Below, piece by piece: positions 12,036 through 23,796 of a stretch of 64,000 nt of DNA. Below the pieces are notes generated by a model, which worked only from the letters and a program-made list of their open reading frames with translations, did no database searches and was not told where the DNA came from. The DNA is from Octopus vulgaris (lineage: Eukaryota), in contig OX597823.1 of the NCBI GenBank assembly GCA_951406725.2, positions 2,852,001 through 2,916,000 on the forward strand, read 5' to 3'. Within the stretch, counting starts at the first letter, position 1. The number at the start of each line of letters is the position of its first letter. Made by a program: the position numbers and the translations under genes.

Positions 12036-13528
12036 GAAGAAATTAAAAAAGGAAAATACGCACACTGACATTGTTATAGTATAATTTTTAATGTATTGAC
12101 CGGTTTCGCAATCGCTATTCATGATATAATGTTTAATTTATATGAAAATATATTTTTTCTTAAGAAGAAATATGGTCCATGTTATTTGTAATGAAATTCA
12201 CGAGTGAAAGATTTTACAAGTTGACAAGTAAAGGGAGGTAATTGGTTGTTATTATTGTTATTGTTGTGTATAAGTGAGATAACTGTTTAAGTTTTGGGTA
12301 GGGAATAAATGTGTACAGAAAGGAGACAGGTTTAAAAAAAGGGCCTTGTTTCTTAGGGGATTTATGTACAGTGATGTAGTGTGTAAAAATATAAAAATAT
12401 AAAAGTTGGTTATGCGTGCTTATTAAGATGCATTTTGTATTTTCCAATGAAAACAGTTTCTTTATTTAAGCGTTCTAGTTGAGAGATTGTGTCTTTGCAC
12501 TGGTAGAAAGGGAAGACTGTGACATTTGGTTTGATGTTACCTGCACATTTTTCTATGTGTTCACTAAGAGGAATTTGTCTGTATTGCGGGAAACGGATTT
12601 GCTCCTTATGCAGAGTGATTCTCTTCCTCAAAGTTAAACTCGTTTGTCCAATGTACTGATGACTGCAACCCGAGCAGGTTATTATATAAATTAGGTTCTC
12701 AGAGGCACAGGTGAAACTAGTTTTAATTGTGAACCTCTGTCTCGTTTGAAAAGGAAATCCGAGCCTTCAAGCAGGTGGGGGCAGGTTCCACAGTTTGGGT
12801 GTCCACACTTTTCAACTGTTGGTTTCGTGGTTGTTTTGTAAAGCTTCGCGTTTGTTAGTAGTCTCTTTAGCGATTTGTCTTGTTTTTTGCATTTGATGAG
12901 TTTGTGTGTTTTCAGGATGTCGTTCATTTTTGAATCTCTAGTTAGTAAAGGGAGAGTTTGCACAATAGTGTTGAATGCCTCACTGTTTCTGGGGTTGTGT
13001 GTTGATATAAAAAGTAATGTTTTGGTTTGAGGTGTGGTGCTATGTTTTTTGTTCTTAGTGTTTTTGTGTCTAATTGTTTGGCACGTTTAATTGCCTCGTC
13101 GATAAGAGAGGGTGGATATTGTCTTTCAATAAGTGTTGTTTTGAGGTCTTGAAGACGAAGGTCCCAAGTTGTTCTATCAGACACTATTGTGCAGATCCTT
13201 TTTGTTAAGTTAAAAGGGATGTTTATTTTTATGTGTTTCGGGTGGCATGAGTTAAAAAGAAGATATTGTTTGGAGCCAGTTGATTTATAATAAATGTCAG
13301 TTATAATTTCATTGTTAACTTTTTTTATATTTTTATATTTCTTCTTAAGAAAAAATATATTTTCATATAAATTAAACATTATATCATGAATAGCGATTGC
13401 GAAACCGGTCGATACATTAAAAATTATACTATAACAATGTAAGTGTGCGTATTTTCTTTTTTTAATTTCTTATATACATAACAATCTACCACGTGGGGAC
13501 AACCGAAATCCCTTTTTTCTGTTACTAA
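12030..13528 (-). mobile_element. 5'-truncated Penelope-like element with inverted pLTRs
   Basis: RT C-terminal TDIYYKSTGSKQYLLFNSCHPKH, CGHPNCGTCPH, GIY-YIG NLIYIITCSGCSHQYIGQT..RITLH. 12030-12172 is the reverse complement of ~13335-13480. Confidence 0.9.
13382..13414 (+). ncRNA. Minimal hammerhead motif, A3-U8 core variant (second copy on minus strand 12094-12126)
   Basis: TATC-ATGAATA-GC GATT GC-GAAA-CCGG-TC-GATA: 4-bp stem I, 2-bp stem II, palindromic ACCGGT, GUC triplet. Confidence 0.62.
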
Positions 13529-13602
13529 TATATATATATATATATATATATATGCATGCATATATGTGTAAACATAGATATAACATAAACATTCATTCTT
13601 AC

Positions 13603-13644
13603 CGTGTATATCAAATCTTTTCCGTTGCGTGGCAATGTTTCCAA
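13603..13644 (-). CDS. Lipoxygenase small coding exon (42 bp, phase 0-0)
   Basis: Acceptor ttttctgtttctacctggacAG, donor GTaaga. Encodes LETLPRNGKDLIYT and supplies the LP motif expected after G-F/L-P in animal LOXs. Confidence 0.8.
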
Positions 13645-15716
13645 CTGTCCAGGTAGAAACAGAAAATGGTTAAAATCAATTGTATTATTTAACTTATGAG
13701 CATCCTTCCAATTGAAATTGTGTTATTTAATTATGTTTCCTTGCGTCTTTACATCAAATGTTTCCACGATCCAGTTTAACTTTCCTAATTCCAGAGGAGG
13801 AGATCGATAATATAAAGAAGCAATCAATATCGGTACTGTTAAGGTCACCTGAAAATAATCTTTTCTACATTTGAAAAATCTTTATGAATTATTACACAAA
13901 GATAAAAGGTTAGCAATAGCAGCCAAAATTACCCTTAAATAACACAATCCAGTGCTGTGGAGCACGTCGTTCAATGGGACATCTGGACGGCTTCCGATTA
14001 GCTGAGGTTCTACATATCGTTTATAGTACTGTGTAGATTCGTACCCGTGGAAAAAAAATAATTTGGACTCCATAGTTACTGGTCTCAACCGATCGAGTTA
14101 TAAAATATGCAAACAGAGGAACACTTTCTGATTAACGAATGTTTCTTTCCGTTTGCAACGATGATATGATATCGTTCTACCTGCTGGAAATAGCAGTTAA
14201 ATACCACGCTACCACTGCTTAAAAATCATTTTATTCTGTAATACCAGGTATACGATCATACATGAAAGGTAAGACAAGGCTAGAATATTTATGATCCTAT
14301 ATCTGCCAGATTGACTTGGATTTAAGTTTATTTCGAGAGGAAAAAACCAAAGAAAGTCTCTATGCAGCGGCATGACCTGCTAGAAATAGCTGCCCCATAC
14401 CTCTCAAATCACAGGGTATCCCCTTTAAAAGTGGGACACATTGGAAAGTGTAATTATAGACACTGATGTGAAAATACGACAGGAGAGGTGGTCACAACTG
14501 GAACACCGTGATTATGCACTTGGCAACCAGTGATATTGATGCTTTATATCGCTTCTACTTACTATTTTATATAGCTTTCTGTAAAGTGTTATACGCAGGT
14601 GTTTCATTTAGCTTTATATTTTATACACTGCTCTTTCTGCTATTGACATGTCATATACAGGAAGAGCTTATATACAACCTTACTTTTTGATTATTGCTTT
14701 ATCTTTTATTTACAATGCTATACTTTATATAAAGAGTCATCAGTGGCATGCCCAGAGTGTTCAAGTTAAATTTGACGATTTTTTTATAATAGCTTGATCT
14801 ATTGATGAACACTCAACGGCGTTGGAGAGTATAATGATTACAGTTGTAACTGAAAAACAGTTAGGTGACTGGAAGTCATCTGAATATTGGGAAAGAGTTA
14901 TTTGTATCATGAGGATTCTCATCAGGTATCGAAATGCCGACTTCATCACTGCTGCTCAACTTACTAAGAACACTGTAAAGGATGTAAGACCTGACATGGA
15001 CAGCTAGAACGGAGACTACGAAGCTGTGCTCAGCAGGAAGGGACACACCAAGCGTTCTGATTGCGTCCGTACGCTGGAATATATCCAACAACTGCAGAAC
15101 AAGGTGATGGCAGATCCAAGCAAAAGAATCTGAGCCTTGGCGAAAGAGATGGGCGTTAGAGTGAAGTTGGCTCTGAATGAGGACCTTTGTACTACTACTT
15201 ACCACTAGTACAGGAGGCACAAGGGACAAATTCTGGTCAAGGACAGCCACTTGACAAAAGAAAATAGGCTTTTGAACAAGATGAGGCACCGTGTCGAGCC
15301 GAGGATAAGCTGGTTATTCTCAGAAGAATAGAACTTCTGCCGGAACCAGTTGCATAACACCTAGAACAACAAGTGGCTTGCCGGCAATCCCTGTGGTGTC
15401 CCATTTATCATGAACACCAAGTTTCCCAACCTGCAATGGCCTTTGTGTGTGTCTCTAGTCAGGTTGATGTCCTACAGCCCCATATCTTTGAACAGGGCCT
15501 TAGGCTCGAATCAGACGACTATGCGAAGCTGCAGGAAACTATGGTCAAATCCTGCTGGAAGGCCATAAGTTAAAGAACAGGATTTATCTCCTTGCCATAT
15601 TCCAGGAAAGAGTTAGAAGTGATTGTCAGAGAATTTCTACAACTTTATCAGCCCCAATTTCTAGCCTTCTCAGTCCCCCAATTTTGTGTGCAGTTTAAGG
15701 GCAGTTTAACTGCTAT

Positions 15717-16395
15717 GTTTAGCACATCTAAAGATCACCTGATATACTTCATGTTTCTACGTTACTCTGACGTATTGATGCTTTTCTATATTTCCCCCCA
15801 TAAACACACTTAATGGTCCCTTGCTGGAATTTAAGCAAAAAATTCGGACTGTCCATATTTCAAATTCTGATTTAAAAAAACATTCAAAAAATCCAGAAAA
15901 ATATTTTTATTTATATTATTTACAATTGACGGATATTTGTCCTCATCTTATTTGTTATTAACACGTTTCAGCTGATATACCCTCCAGCCTTCATCAGGTG
16001 TCTTGGGGAAATTTCAAATTTAGGTTCTCATTCCTAAGGTATCTTTCGATGTTGTTATTATTACTATTATTATTATTATTATTATTATTGTTATTATTAT
16101 TATCATTATTATTATTACCATTATCATTATCATTATTATTACTATTATTATTATTATTATTATTACTATTATTATTCAGGTCACTGCCTGGAATCGAACT
16201 CGGAATCTTGGGGTTAGTAGCCCGCGCTCTTAAACACTACACCATATGCACGTGGGCAAAAAAAAAATTTGCTTAAAAATTCGGAAAATTAAAAAAAAAG
16301 AATTACCAAAATCATATGAATTCCTTTGTGTAGAACTCAAATTTGCAAAATATTTTTGACAATTTAAAAAAATAAAAGGTTATAGGGTGCTTAAC
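15717..16395. mobile_element. Probable MITE nested in the Tc1-like element
   Basis: AT-rich block interrupting the transposase; imperfect terminal inverted repeats gtttagcacatcta / tagggtgcttaac. Confidence 0.45.
15905..16257 (-). mobile_element. tRNA-headed SINE-like element with internal (AAT)n and hammerhead-like 3' module
   Basis: Head with A box TGGTGTAGTG, anticodon-like arm and B box GAGTTCGATTCC (16250-16180); 3' part gacac-CTGATGA-aGGCTG..CAGCT-GAAAC-gtgtt (16001-15959). Confidence 0.72.
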
Positions 16396-17114
16396 GCAAA
16401 ATTCCGCTGAAGATTTTGCCAGAAACATAGTGAGGAACGCACGTGCCAGGTTGCAGAGCCGTCTTGAGACCGTGATGGGAGCTGTGGGTGGCTATTTTGA
16501 ATAAACTGCCATCTTTCTATTTTTATTTTTATATGAGATGTTATTTTCTTTTCTTTTTAAGCAGACTGTCAAATTTAACCTGAACATCCTTTATGTGATA
16601 ACTCCATAGCAATTAGATTATAAAAATTCTTGAGAAATGAATTTTGTCGTTGACCACTGGGTCAGTCCTGGACAAGAAAAACTATGGTTTTTTAAAATTA
16701 GATATTTGAACAATAGGAATGACGTATGTTGAGGGGAAATTTGGCTACTATTTCTAGCAGATTGAAGGGTTACATAATGTAGTTTCTTGGTTGCTCTAAG
16801 TCTACGATGTAGGTTTGATTCATGGCCAGAGAAATTTAACTGTAATGGGAAATTCAATTGCTAATAACAACTACCAAAGTAGGAAGTCTAAAATTATTTC
16901 ATATACAACGTTATTATAAAATATTCTCTTGAATTTTGTTTACAAAACACATAGCCGATCCCATTCGCACTAATCGGTAGTATGGTTACCAGGCAAGCGA
17001 TAAATTCATGGCTGGACTCAGCCATATAATTCTTACCATTTTGGGCTTAATCATAAATAGAAAACAAAACAATTAAAAATCATCTTTTTATTACAATACC
17101 AGATATATACTCAC

Positions 17115-17278
17115 CTTAAGAGGGAAGCCCTCTACGTATTTTAACTTATAGAGGTCACGATTCTTCTGCATTTCATTTATTCGTTCGGCTTTACATGGAT
17201 CTTTCTCTCGCGTTAATGGAGGAGGACCAATATTTGGTGCAGCTCCCTGGTGGGAGCTTGTCATCAGATCATCCATTT
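17115..17278 (-). CDS. Lipoxygenase coding exon (164 bp, phase 1-0)
   Basis: Acceptor ctttcattctctattttctaaaaacAG, donor GTgagt. Encodes (E)MDDLMTSSHQGAAPNIGPPPLTREKDPCKAERINEMQKNRDLYKLKYVEGFPLK; DP..ER..E....R..Y.....GFP resembles the start of the LOX catalytic domain (cf. ALOX5 RRKELETRQKQYRW..PGFP). Confidence 0.88.
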
Positions 17279-17358
17279 CTGTTTTTAGAAAATAGAGAAT
17301 GAAAGACTTGTGTCATATTACAGCAATAACCCAAACAGTTTTAGTTTTCTCAATATAT

Positions 17359-17429
<71 letters not shown>

Positions 17430-17889
17430 AGCTATACACACACACATACACACACACACACACACATATATTTAAGTCACAATATATGGCTTCAAGTAAT
17501 CCGGGAATATTCATAAAAAAGCTACTTAATGTATCATTCTACGAAACAGAATACAAAGGAAAATGATAAGGAGTGTATAACAATATAAATGACGGGAGTA
17601 AATATAATGATAAAGTTTATTTAACTATAAGAAAATTCAAATATCACAACACCTTGTTTTGTAATTTAAGGCATGTTAACATAATTTATTTTGTTATATT
17701 TAATAAATAAATTATTTATCTTCAAAAATCGTTTTAAACAATGCAGAAATTAAGCTACATCCTTAGATGAAAGAAAACTCTTTCTTAAATACTAAATACT
17801 TTAGAATCTAACAAAGATTTTTCTTTTCACCTGAGAATTTAGTTAAAATTTCTGCTTGTTTTAAACGATTTTTTGTATTAATGCAGACA

Positions 17890-19015
17890 TGTAAGTCACT
17901 CATATCGCTTGACCGTCGTGTCTTGTCCCAGACATTGGTCTGATTACGCTGGAGCTTATACTCCTCCGCTTCTTATGGAGGGGATGCGTCCCGGTGGTCA
18001 GGCGGTCTATCTGCTGTCAACACCCGCTGCGTGGTGGACTGAGCATGGTGGTTGATAATGTGCAGTTATGCACTGAGTCTACGAGAACTCCAGTGCTTCC
18101 TTGACGGTGAACAGGTGTGATTGGCATTCGCCAGACACGTATTTCCGCAGTTAGTTTCTTTAGCGGAGATGCAGTCCTTGGTAAAACAGAGACCGAGGGG
18201 GAGCATTTGGAAAGTGGAATGTCTTCAAGTGCTTCCCTCAGCTAATAGGGAACTGCTTAGGTGGAACATCCACTTTAGTATTTTATAGAGGATTAGTGGA
18301 GGAAAAGTGTGACAATGTTATTGGGGTGGCCTTGGGCATCGAGGGAGATCTGCTAGTCGCTCTTTTCCGGAGAACTTTCGGGCTGTGACCAATGGATAAT
18401 TTCTAAAAATCTCTGACCTGGAAGTGCTACTGGGTAGCTTTGCCTGTTCGGGATAAACTTTACAGGCACGGAAGTGTCGTCAGCCGAGCATGTCCGAGAT
18501 GCATGCAGGACGACGAGAAAGTCCTGCATGCACTCGTCCAGTGCCCGAGCATTGCTGTCCTCTGGGTTTATGTCGGACACCTGCTGTCGCGTGTGGGACG
18601 GAACCGGCTGTCAACTGAATCCATTGCGAAGATCACCCTGCCGCCTTCCCTTAGCCGGGAAGGAAAGGCTGTTTTTATATGTCCGGTGGCCATGGCGAAA
18701 GAGGTTGTATGGTGGACGAGATTGAAGGGACTGAAGACAAACACTTTTCTCTTTGGCCAATCCCTGTTGAACTTTTTCAAGTTTCACTTTTAGCCAGTTT
18801 GCTAAAAGGTGGATGAAAGAGGCGAGAATGGTGTGAGTGAACGAGCCTGCCCTGAGCATTCGCCTGTAGTTGGAAAAAAGGAAAGGAAAATAGGCACCTA
18901 CCCCAAAAGTCAGGGTACCCATGGTTTTTTTACGGGCTTTTTCCATGAGCATCCCTCGAACGTCTCCTCCCTACTGAGGATTACACAGCGTTGATTTCTC
19001 TCTCATTGAAAAAAA
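17890..19015 (+). mobile_element. L1/Tx1-like LINE 3' fragment
   Basis: zf-RVT-like LPVRDKL..CPRC...E...HALVQCP in ORF 18440-18793; GC-richer block with stops. Confidence 0.7.
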
Positions 19016-19151
19016 TTTGTTAGACTTGCTTACACACAAAATCCTTACAACACACTCTCACACATATACACGAGATTTTGTTTTGTCCTGAGCTGTCTAT
19101 AATGATTTTCTAACGTAAACCTTTGTGGTAAATAAAGAAATCATCATCGTT

Positions 19152-19238
<87 letters not shown>

Positions 19239-19249
19239 TAAAACAGTTT

Positions 19250-19725
19250 GCTTCAACCCCATGTGATGTAACGTTTTGTAGCAGAAGTTCGTCTCTTTCA
19301 TTAGATTACCAAATGGAGAAACACAGGAACTTGTATCCAGGTATGGGTGGCGTATCTGGTATTCCTTGAAGAAAATTGTCCGTTTAAAGTGATGGGATCC
19401 TTTTTCCTTTTTTATCAGTTTTGGGACAATGTTAAATAGGGGAGAGCCTGTTGAGGAAAAGTTGTGTCGCAGTGTACCTATATGTTATGATCCTGAATTG
19501 TGCCGGGTACGTATGGCCCGTGGTCCCAGCCTTGGATGAACCTTGAAACTAATGCCCAGGTCGTTTGGGCAATGCAGAATGTATTTTCTTCACATTGTGC
19601 AATTGATGTACCGCTCGCGGCGGCGCTGGAGAGAGTAGAGTTTCAAGGCTTTAAGCGGGGCCCAGTAATCGAGATCAGTCATGCCTTCAATTCGTTTAGT
19701 GAGTGCCCTCTGGGGTGATTCAATA
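19250..19725 (-). mobile_element. CR1/L2-group LINE 3' fragment next to (TAA)n
   Basis: ESPQRALTKRIEGMTDLDYW..LKALKLYSLQRRRERY, typical of the post-RT segment of CR1/L2-like ORF2. Confidence 0.75.
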
Positions 19726-20159
19726 TATATAGAAGGGGTGTATTTCCACGCGGGAAAAAGTATAGGAGAATTTGTTTTTGAATATGCACCTGACTTTGAA
19801 AAACTTGCTTTTAAATAAATTAATTTACATACATACCAAGCTAGTTTCAACAATTTTTTGTCAATAGTATAAACGTATATAAAACAATGCGAAGAAGAAA
19901 ACAAGTTTAAATGCTTAAATGTTCACAAAATTCAATAACAGGGGTAGATAATATCAAAAATGATCGGCGAAGAATATAAAAAATGTGGATTACTAGAAGT
20001 TCAGTGAAACTGAGTTATTATAGAATAAATGGACAAGAGAGAGAAAAGAAAAAAAATCTTGCGTGTTATTCTTTTTCCGTCGCGTACAGGGCTTTTCGCT
20101 TTTAACGGAATGTTTTGGAATTAGTGTATGTATGTATATATATATATATATATATACAT

Positions 20160-20361
20160 GTGATCTCGTGAGCACCGCCAGCAATTTTTTTCCTCTGTCT
20201 TCCCTTCTCGGGATCTTTCCTTCTCCTTTGTTTCCGACGAAGAGCTCCGCTCGAAACGTTGAACCCTCCTTCTTCCCTTCTTTCCTGGGCTTCCAATAAT
20301 ACTTTAATTGTTCCACGTCCTCGCGTTGCTGTGTTTTTTTTCTGTGTTTTCTTGTTTGGAT

Positions 20362-20367
<6 letters not shown>
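20160..20367 (+). mobile_element. Short non-autonomous repeat with minimal hammerhead-like motif (20230-20264)
   Basis: GTTT-CCGACGA-aGAGC TCC GCTC-GAA-ACGT-T-GAAC between (TA)n tracts. Confidence 0.55.
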
Positions 20368-20425
<58 letters not shown>

Positions 20426-20789
20426 TCTCCGCGGACGGATCTAATTTTTGATTCGTTATAATTCTGATCACGTCTTATTCTTTCTGATGGTCAAGTTTAG
20501 CGTTCTGCTTGGTTGACCCGGTTGGTTGATTCTCATAAAGGGTCAGTTTGTTTTCCTGAGGGTCCGGTTCTGATTGGAAGTAAAATTCCATTCGTCTAGT
20601 GATTGGTAACGTCAGCAACTGGTGTTTGAGAGGGTGTATGGTGTTATTGGATAGTATAGGTGTGTAGTTATTGTATAGAGTTGCAGTTTCGAAACCCAGG
20701 TGGAAGACTGTTACTAAAGTTTTCGAATTATGTCTGTTGTATCTGGTTGATTTTTTGTGGAGAAACTGAGCCTCTTCTACTTTCTGGTG

Positions 20790-21925
20790 TTGATGTTGTC
20801 AGCAAAACCAAACATCTTCAGGTATTCAGCGATCTAAGAATGAGGCGTCATATCATATGCCTTCTTAAAGTCAATCCAAGCCACAGACATTTTTGTATGA
20901 TGTTTCTTACAATGCCTCAAAACTGTTTTATCGATGACCAGGTGATCTTTGGTACCCTGAGAACTCTTCCTACATCCTTTTTGTACACTTTGTAGTATTT
21001 CTTCTTGTGCTAGGAAAGTGTATGTAGTTTCTCAAAATATTACCCTTTCTTCTATCTTTCATTACAAGTGTTGTCCTCCCAGTCACCATCCACGCGGGGA
21101 CTGTACCTTTCTGGTCACACTCATTCAATTGGGCTGCTAGTCTTTCATGCGCCGAGTGGCATCTCTTCAGCCAGAAGCCACGAATCCCATCTGGTCTGGG
21201 GACTTTCAAGTTAGGCACTTTAACCACTTGTTCTTTCACATCACCCGTCCTTATGACAATATTCCTTTATTTCTTACCTCCTTGTAATTTTGTCTTGATA
21301 GTCCCTATCCACATCGCATCCCTTTTATGCACCACCTTGTTTCCCTATAATCCACTCAAGAACTCCTGGTTTGATTTACATCAGGAGCAACATTTTCCCC
21401 ATTGTCTCTTTGTAACGGGCGGAAGAATTGCTTCGAGTTATTTTTGAACAATCAGTTCTCCTCGAACTGCTTATTTCTGTTCACAAATCTTCTGATCTTC
21501 TGGCTTTTTGCTATGATCCTCTGTTTTAACTGCTCTATTACTGTATCAAACCCGCTCTTCCGTATTTTATACTTCTTCCCTAATTTTTCTGTCGGTCTTT
21601 TTCCCATTTTTCCAGTTTCCTCTTAACTATTGCTCAGTTTTTCCTAGATCTTGCCTTACCCGTATTATGTCCCGTTTCAATGCGTTCTTTCCACCATGTT
21701 CTTTTGCTCCACCATTTTTGTTCCCTTAAGTTGTAATTTCTCCTCAACAAGTAGCGCAATAGCTCGGAGATTCCTTGTTTGTGTTATGTCCTCCGACTGG
21801 ATGTATGGTACAACAGTATTTATCTTTCGTGTTACTTTATTTATCATACTCCTATCTTTATCATATTCATGGGTATTTTTTTCTGAAGTCGGTGAGTCGT
21901 CTTTGAATTTCAAGCAATTCAATAT
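20790..21925 (-). mobile_element. Decayed R4/Dong-like LINE RT fragment
   Basis: PDGIRGFWLK, PAWMVTGRTTLVMKD, KGCRKSSQGTKDHLVID, AWIDFKKAYD; homologous to the RT at 24.7-25.2 kb. Confidence 0.78.
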
Positions 21926-21926
21926 C

Positions 21927-22393
21927 TAGTTGGTTCATTTCCCCTGCATGTCCACCCACCACAGTATCAGGGTTATCAAAAGACCTAATCAACAGCATGG
22001 AGTTCTTCTGCTGCACGACAACGCCTGCCCTCATATCGCCAATATGACCAAGAAAACCATTCAAACGCATGGCTGGGAAGTGCTGCCACACCTGCCGTAC
22101 TCTTCTGATTTGGCATCAACGAATTTCCATTCCTTTCGACCTCCATCAAATGCTATACGCGGAGTTTCGTTCAATACTGATGCGGAATTGAGAGCTTGGT
22201 TGGATTAACTTTTCGAGTCGAAATCGGGTGATTTCTACCAACGAGGTATTGAAAATCTTGTTGAACGTTGGGAAGAAGTTGTAAACAACAAGGGTGAATA
22301 CATTGTTGATTAATTAGTTGTTATTTTTTATTAAAACTTTTTAAAAATCTAAATTACAAAAAAAACGGTGGTAACTTAGTTGGCAACCCAATA
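21927..22393 (+). mobile_element. Mariner 3' fragment
   Basis: LLHDNACPH, HLPYSSDLA..FH; right TIR ggtaacttagttggcaacccaaTA. Confidence 0.85.
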
Positions 22394-22599
22394 TATATTA
22401 AGCACTGTTCACGTTAAGTTATCAAATATTCATTTATTTCATACATAACAGAAATAAGATGAATTTAGTGTTATCGCATTAGAATTAAATGTGAAACAAT
22501 ATTATATCACATCACAATATAGATCTCATTCTTTCACTTTTGACACTTAATACCGAACCAGTGCCAATGTTATATTGTTCTAATCCAAATGAAAAAAAA

Positions 22600-22870
22600 A
22601 TTACATGTTGACACTCAAGTATCCTAAATGTTGGAATCAGCACCGGTAGGGCAAATGCATTGTGGGATATTGTCTTGTAAGAGGAGAGAGTTCGGACTAA
22701 TATTTTTCTTAGTCTGGTGTAATAGTCTAGGGTCACTCTATCTTTATTCACAGTACCTTGGTATGATATATGTTCATCATTGCCAAGGTACCTGTAGCAT
22801 TCTTTGTATGTTACAGGTGAGATAGTGAAACCATTGATGCACAGGTTTTGTGTCTGGGAGACTGATTTTC
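22600..22870 (-). mobile_element. Old R4-like LINE fragment
   Basis: YYTRLRKIL..LSS..HNAFALPVL resembles the YYRRVRSILK.ELN..INTLAVPV segment of the 25.7 kb element. Confidence 0.5.
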
Positions 22871-23193
22871 CGCTTTTAAAAATTAGATTGTTTATATAAT
22901 TAATAATTTTATCTTAACAAAATTTTACTGCAAACACACACACATGCATATGTTTATAATTATATCATTAAAATGCTTATTTAATAATATTTTACATACA
23001 CACATATGTACTAAAGAAAAGACGGATATGTATGTAGTTAAATATCATGACTGATAAGCAGGCAGATACATAAACAGACAGACGGATGGACAGACAGACA
23101 GGCAAGCAGACAGAGACAGACAGGCGGGCACAGAGAGAGACAGACAGACAGACCGACAGACAGACAGACAGACAGACAGCCAGACAGACAGAC

Positions 23194-23266
<73 letters not shown>

Positions 23267-23363
23267 CAAACATAAACAGTAAATATGCAAGTAGATAGTT
23301 ATGAAAAGCGGGAAAATATTCCATTTAATTCCTATATGCAATCTTATCAAAAAACGTCCATAC

Positions 23364-23409
23364 CTGGTAGAAGAGTGTGGATGAAACAAATAAATCTTGA
23401 TTCTTGCAT
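23364..23409 (-). CDS. Lipoxygenase candidate first coding segment (within exon 23364-23474)
   Basis: Strong acceptor tttttttcttttctatttcAG (23475-77) and donor CAG|GTatgg. ATG at 23409 gives MQESRFICFIHTLLP plus G, in frame with the AA-ATG start of the next exon; in-frame TAA seven codons upstream. Confidence 0.62.
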
Positions 23410-23520
23410 GTTCCAGAAAAAAAATTCTTAGCCTACGATGTCTATTGGATGTTTCTTTTAGAAGTTATGAATTGCTGAAATAGAAAAGAAAAAAATTAAA
23501 TATGAGGAAAATTATATACA

Positions 23521-23651
<131 letters not shown>

Positions 23652-23698
23652 TCCTCTATTTACATAACATCGAGGTCTCATTCATTCTTTTGTTATCA

Positions 23699-23795
<97 letters not shown>

Positions 23796-23796
<1 letters not shown>

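Larger units (their letters stand above)
14753..16591 (+). mobile_element. Decayed Tc1/mariner-superfamily transposon (maT/DD37D-like) carrying nested insertions
   Basis: TIRs tgttca(a/g)gttaaatttgac at 14753-14776 and 16568-16590. Transposase remnants WLFSEE*NF..NNKWLA, PHIFEQGLRL and C-terminal RLQSRLETVMGAVGGYFE*. Confidence 0.8.

Noticed and set aside
13720-13851. Alternative minus-strand acceptor (ttattttcAG at 13849-51)
   Set aside because: The phase-0 frame hits a stop, no good donor follows, and there is no LOX similarity.
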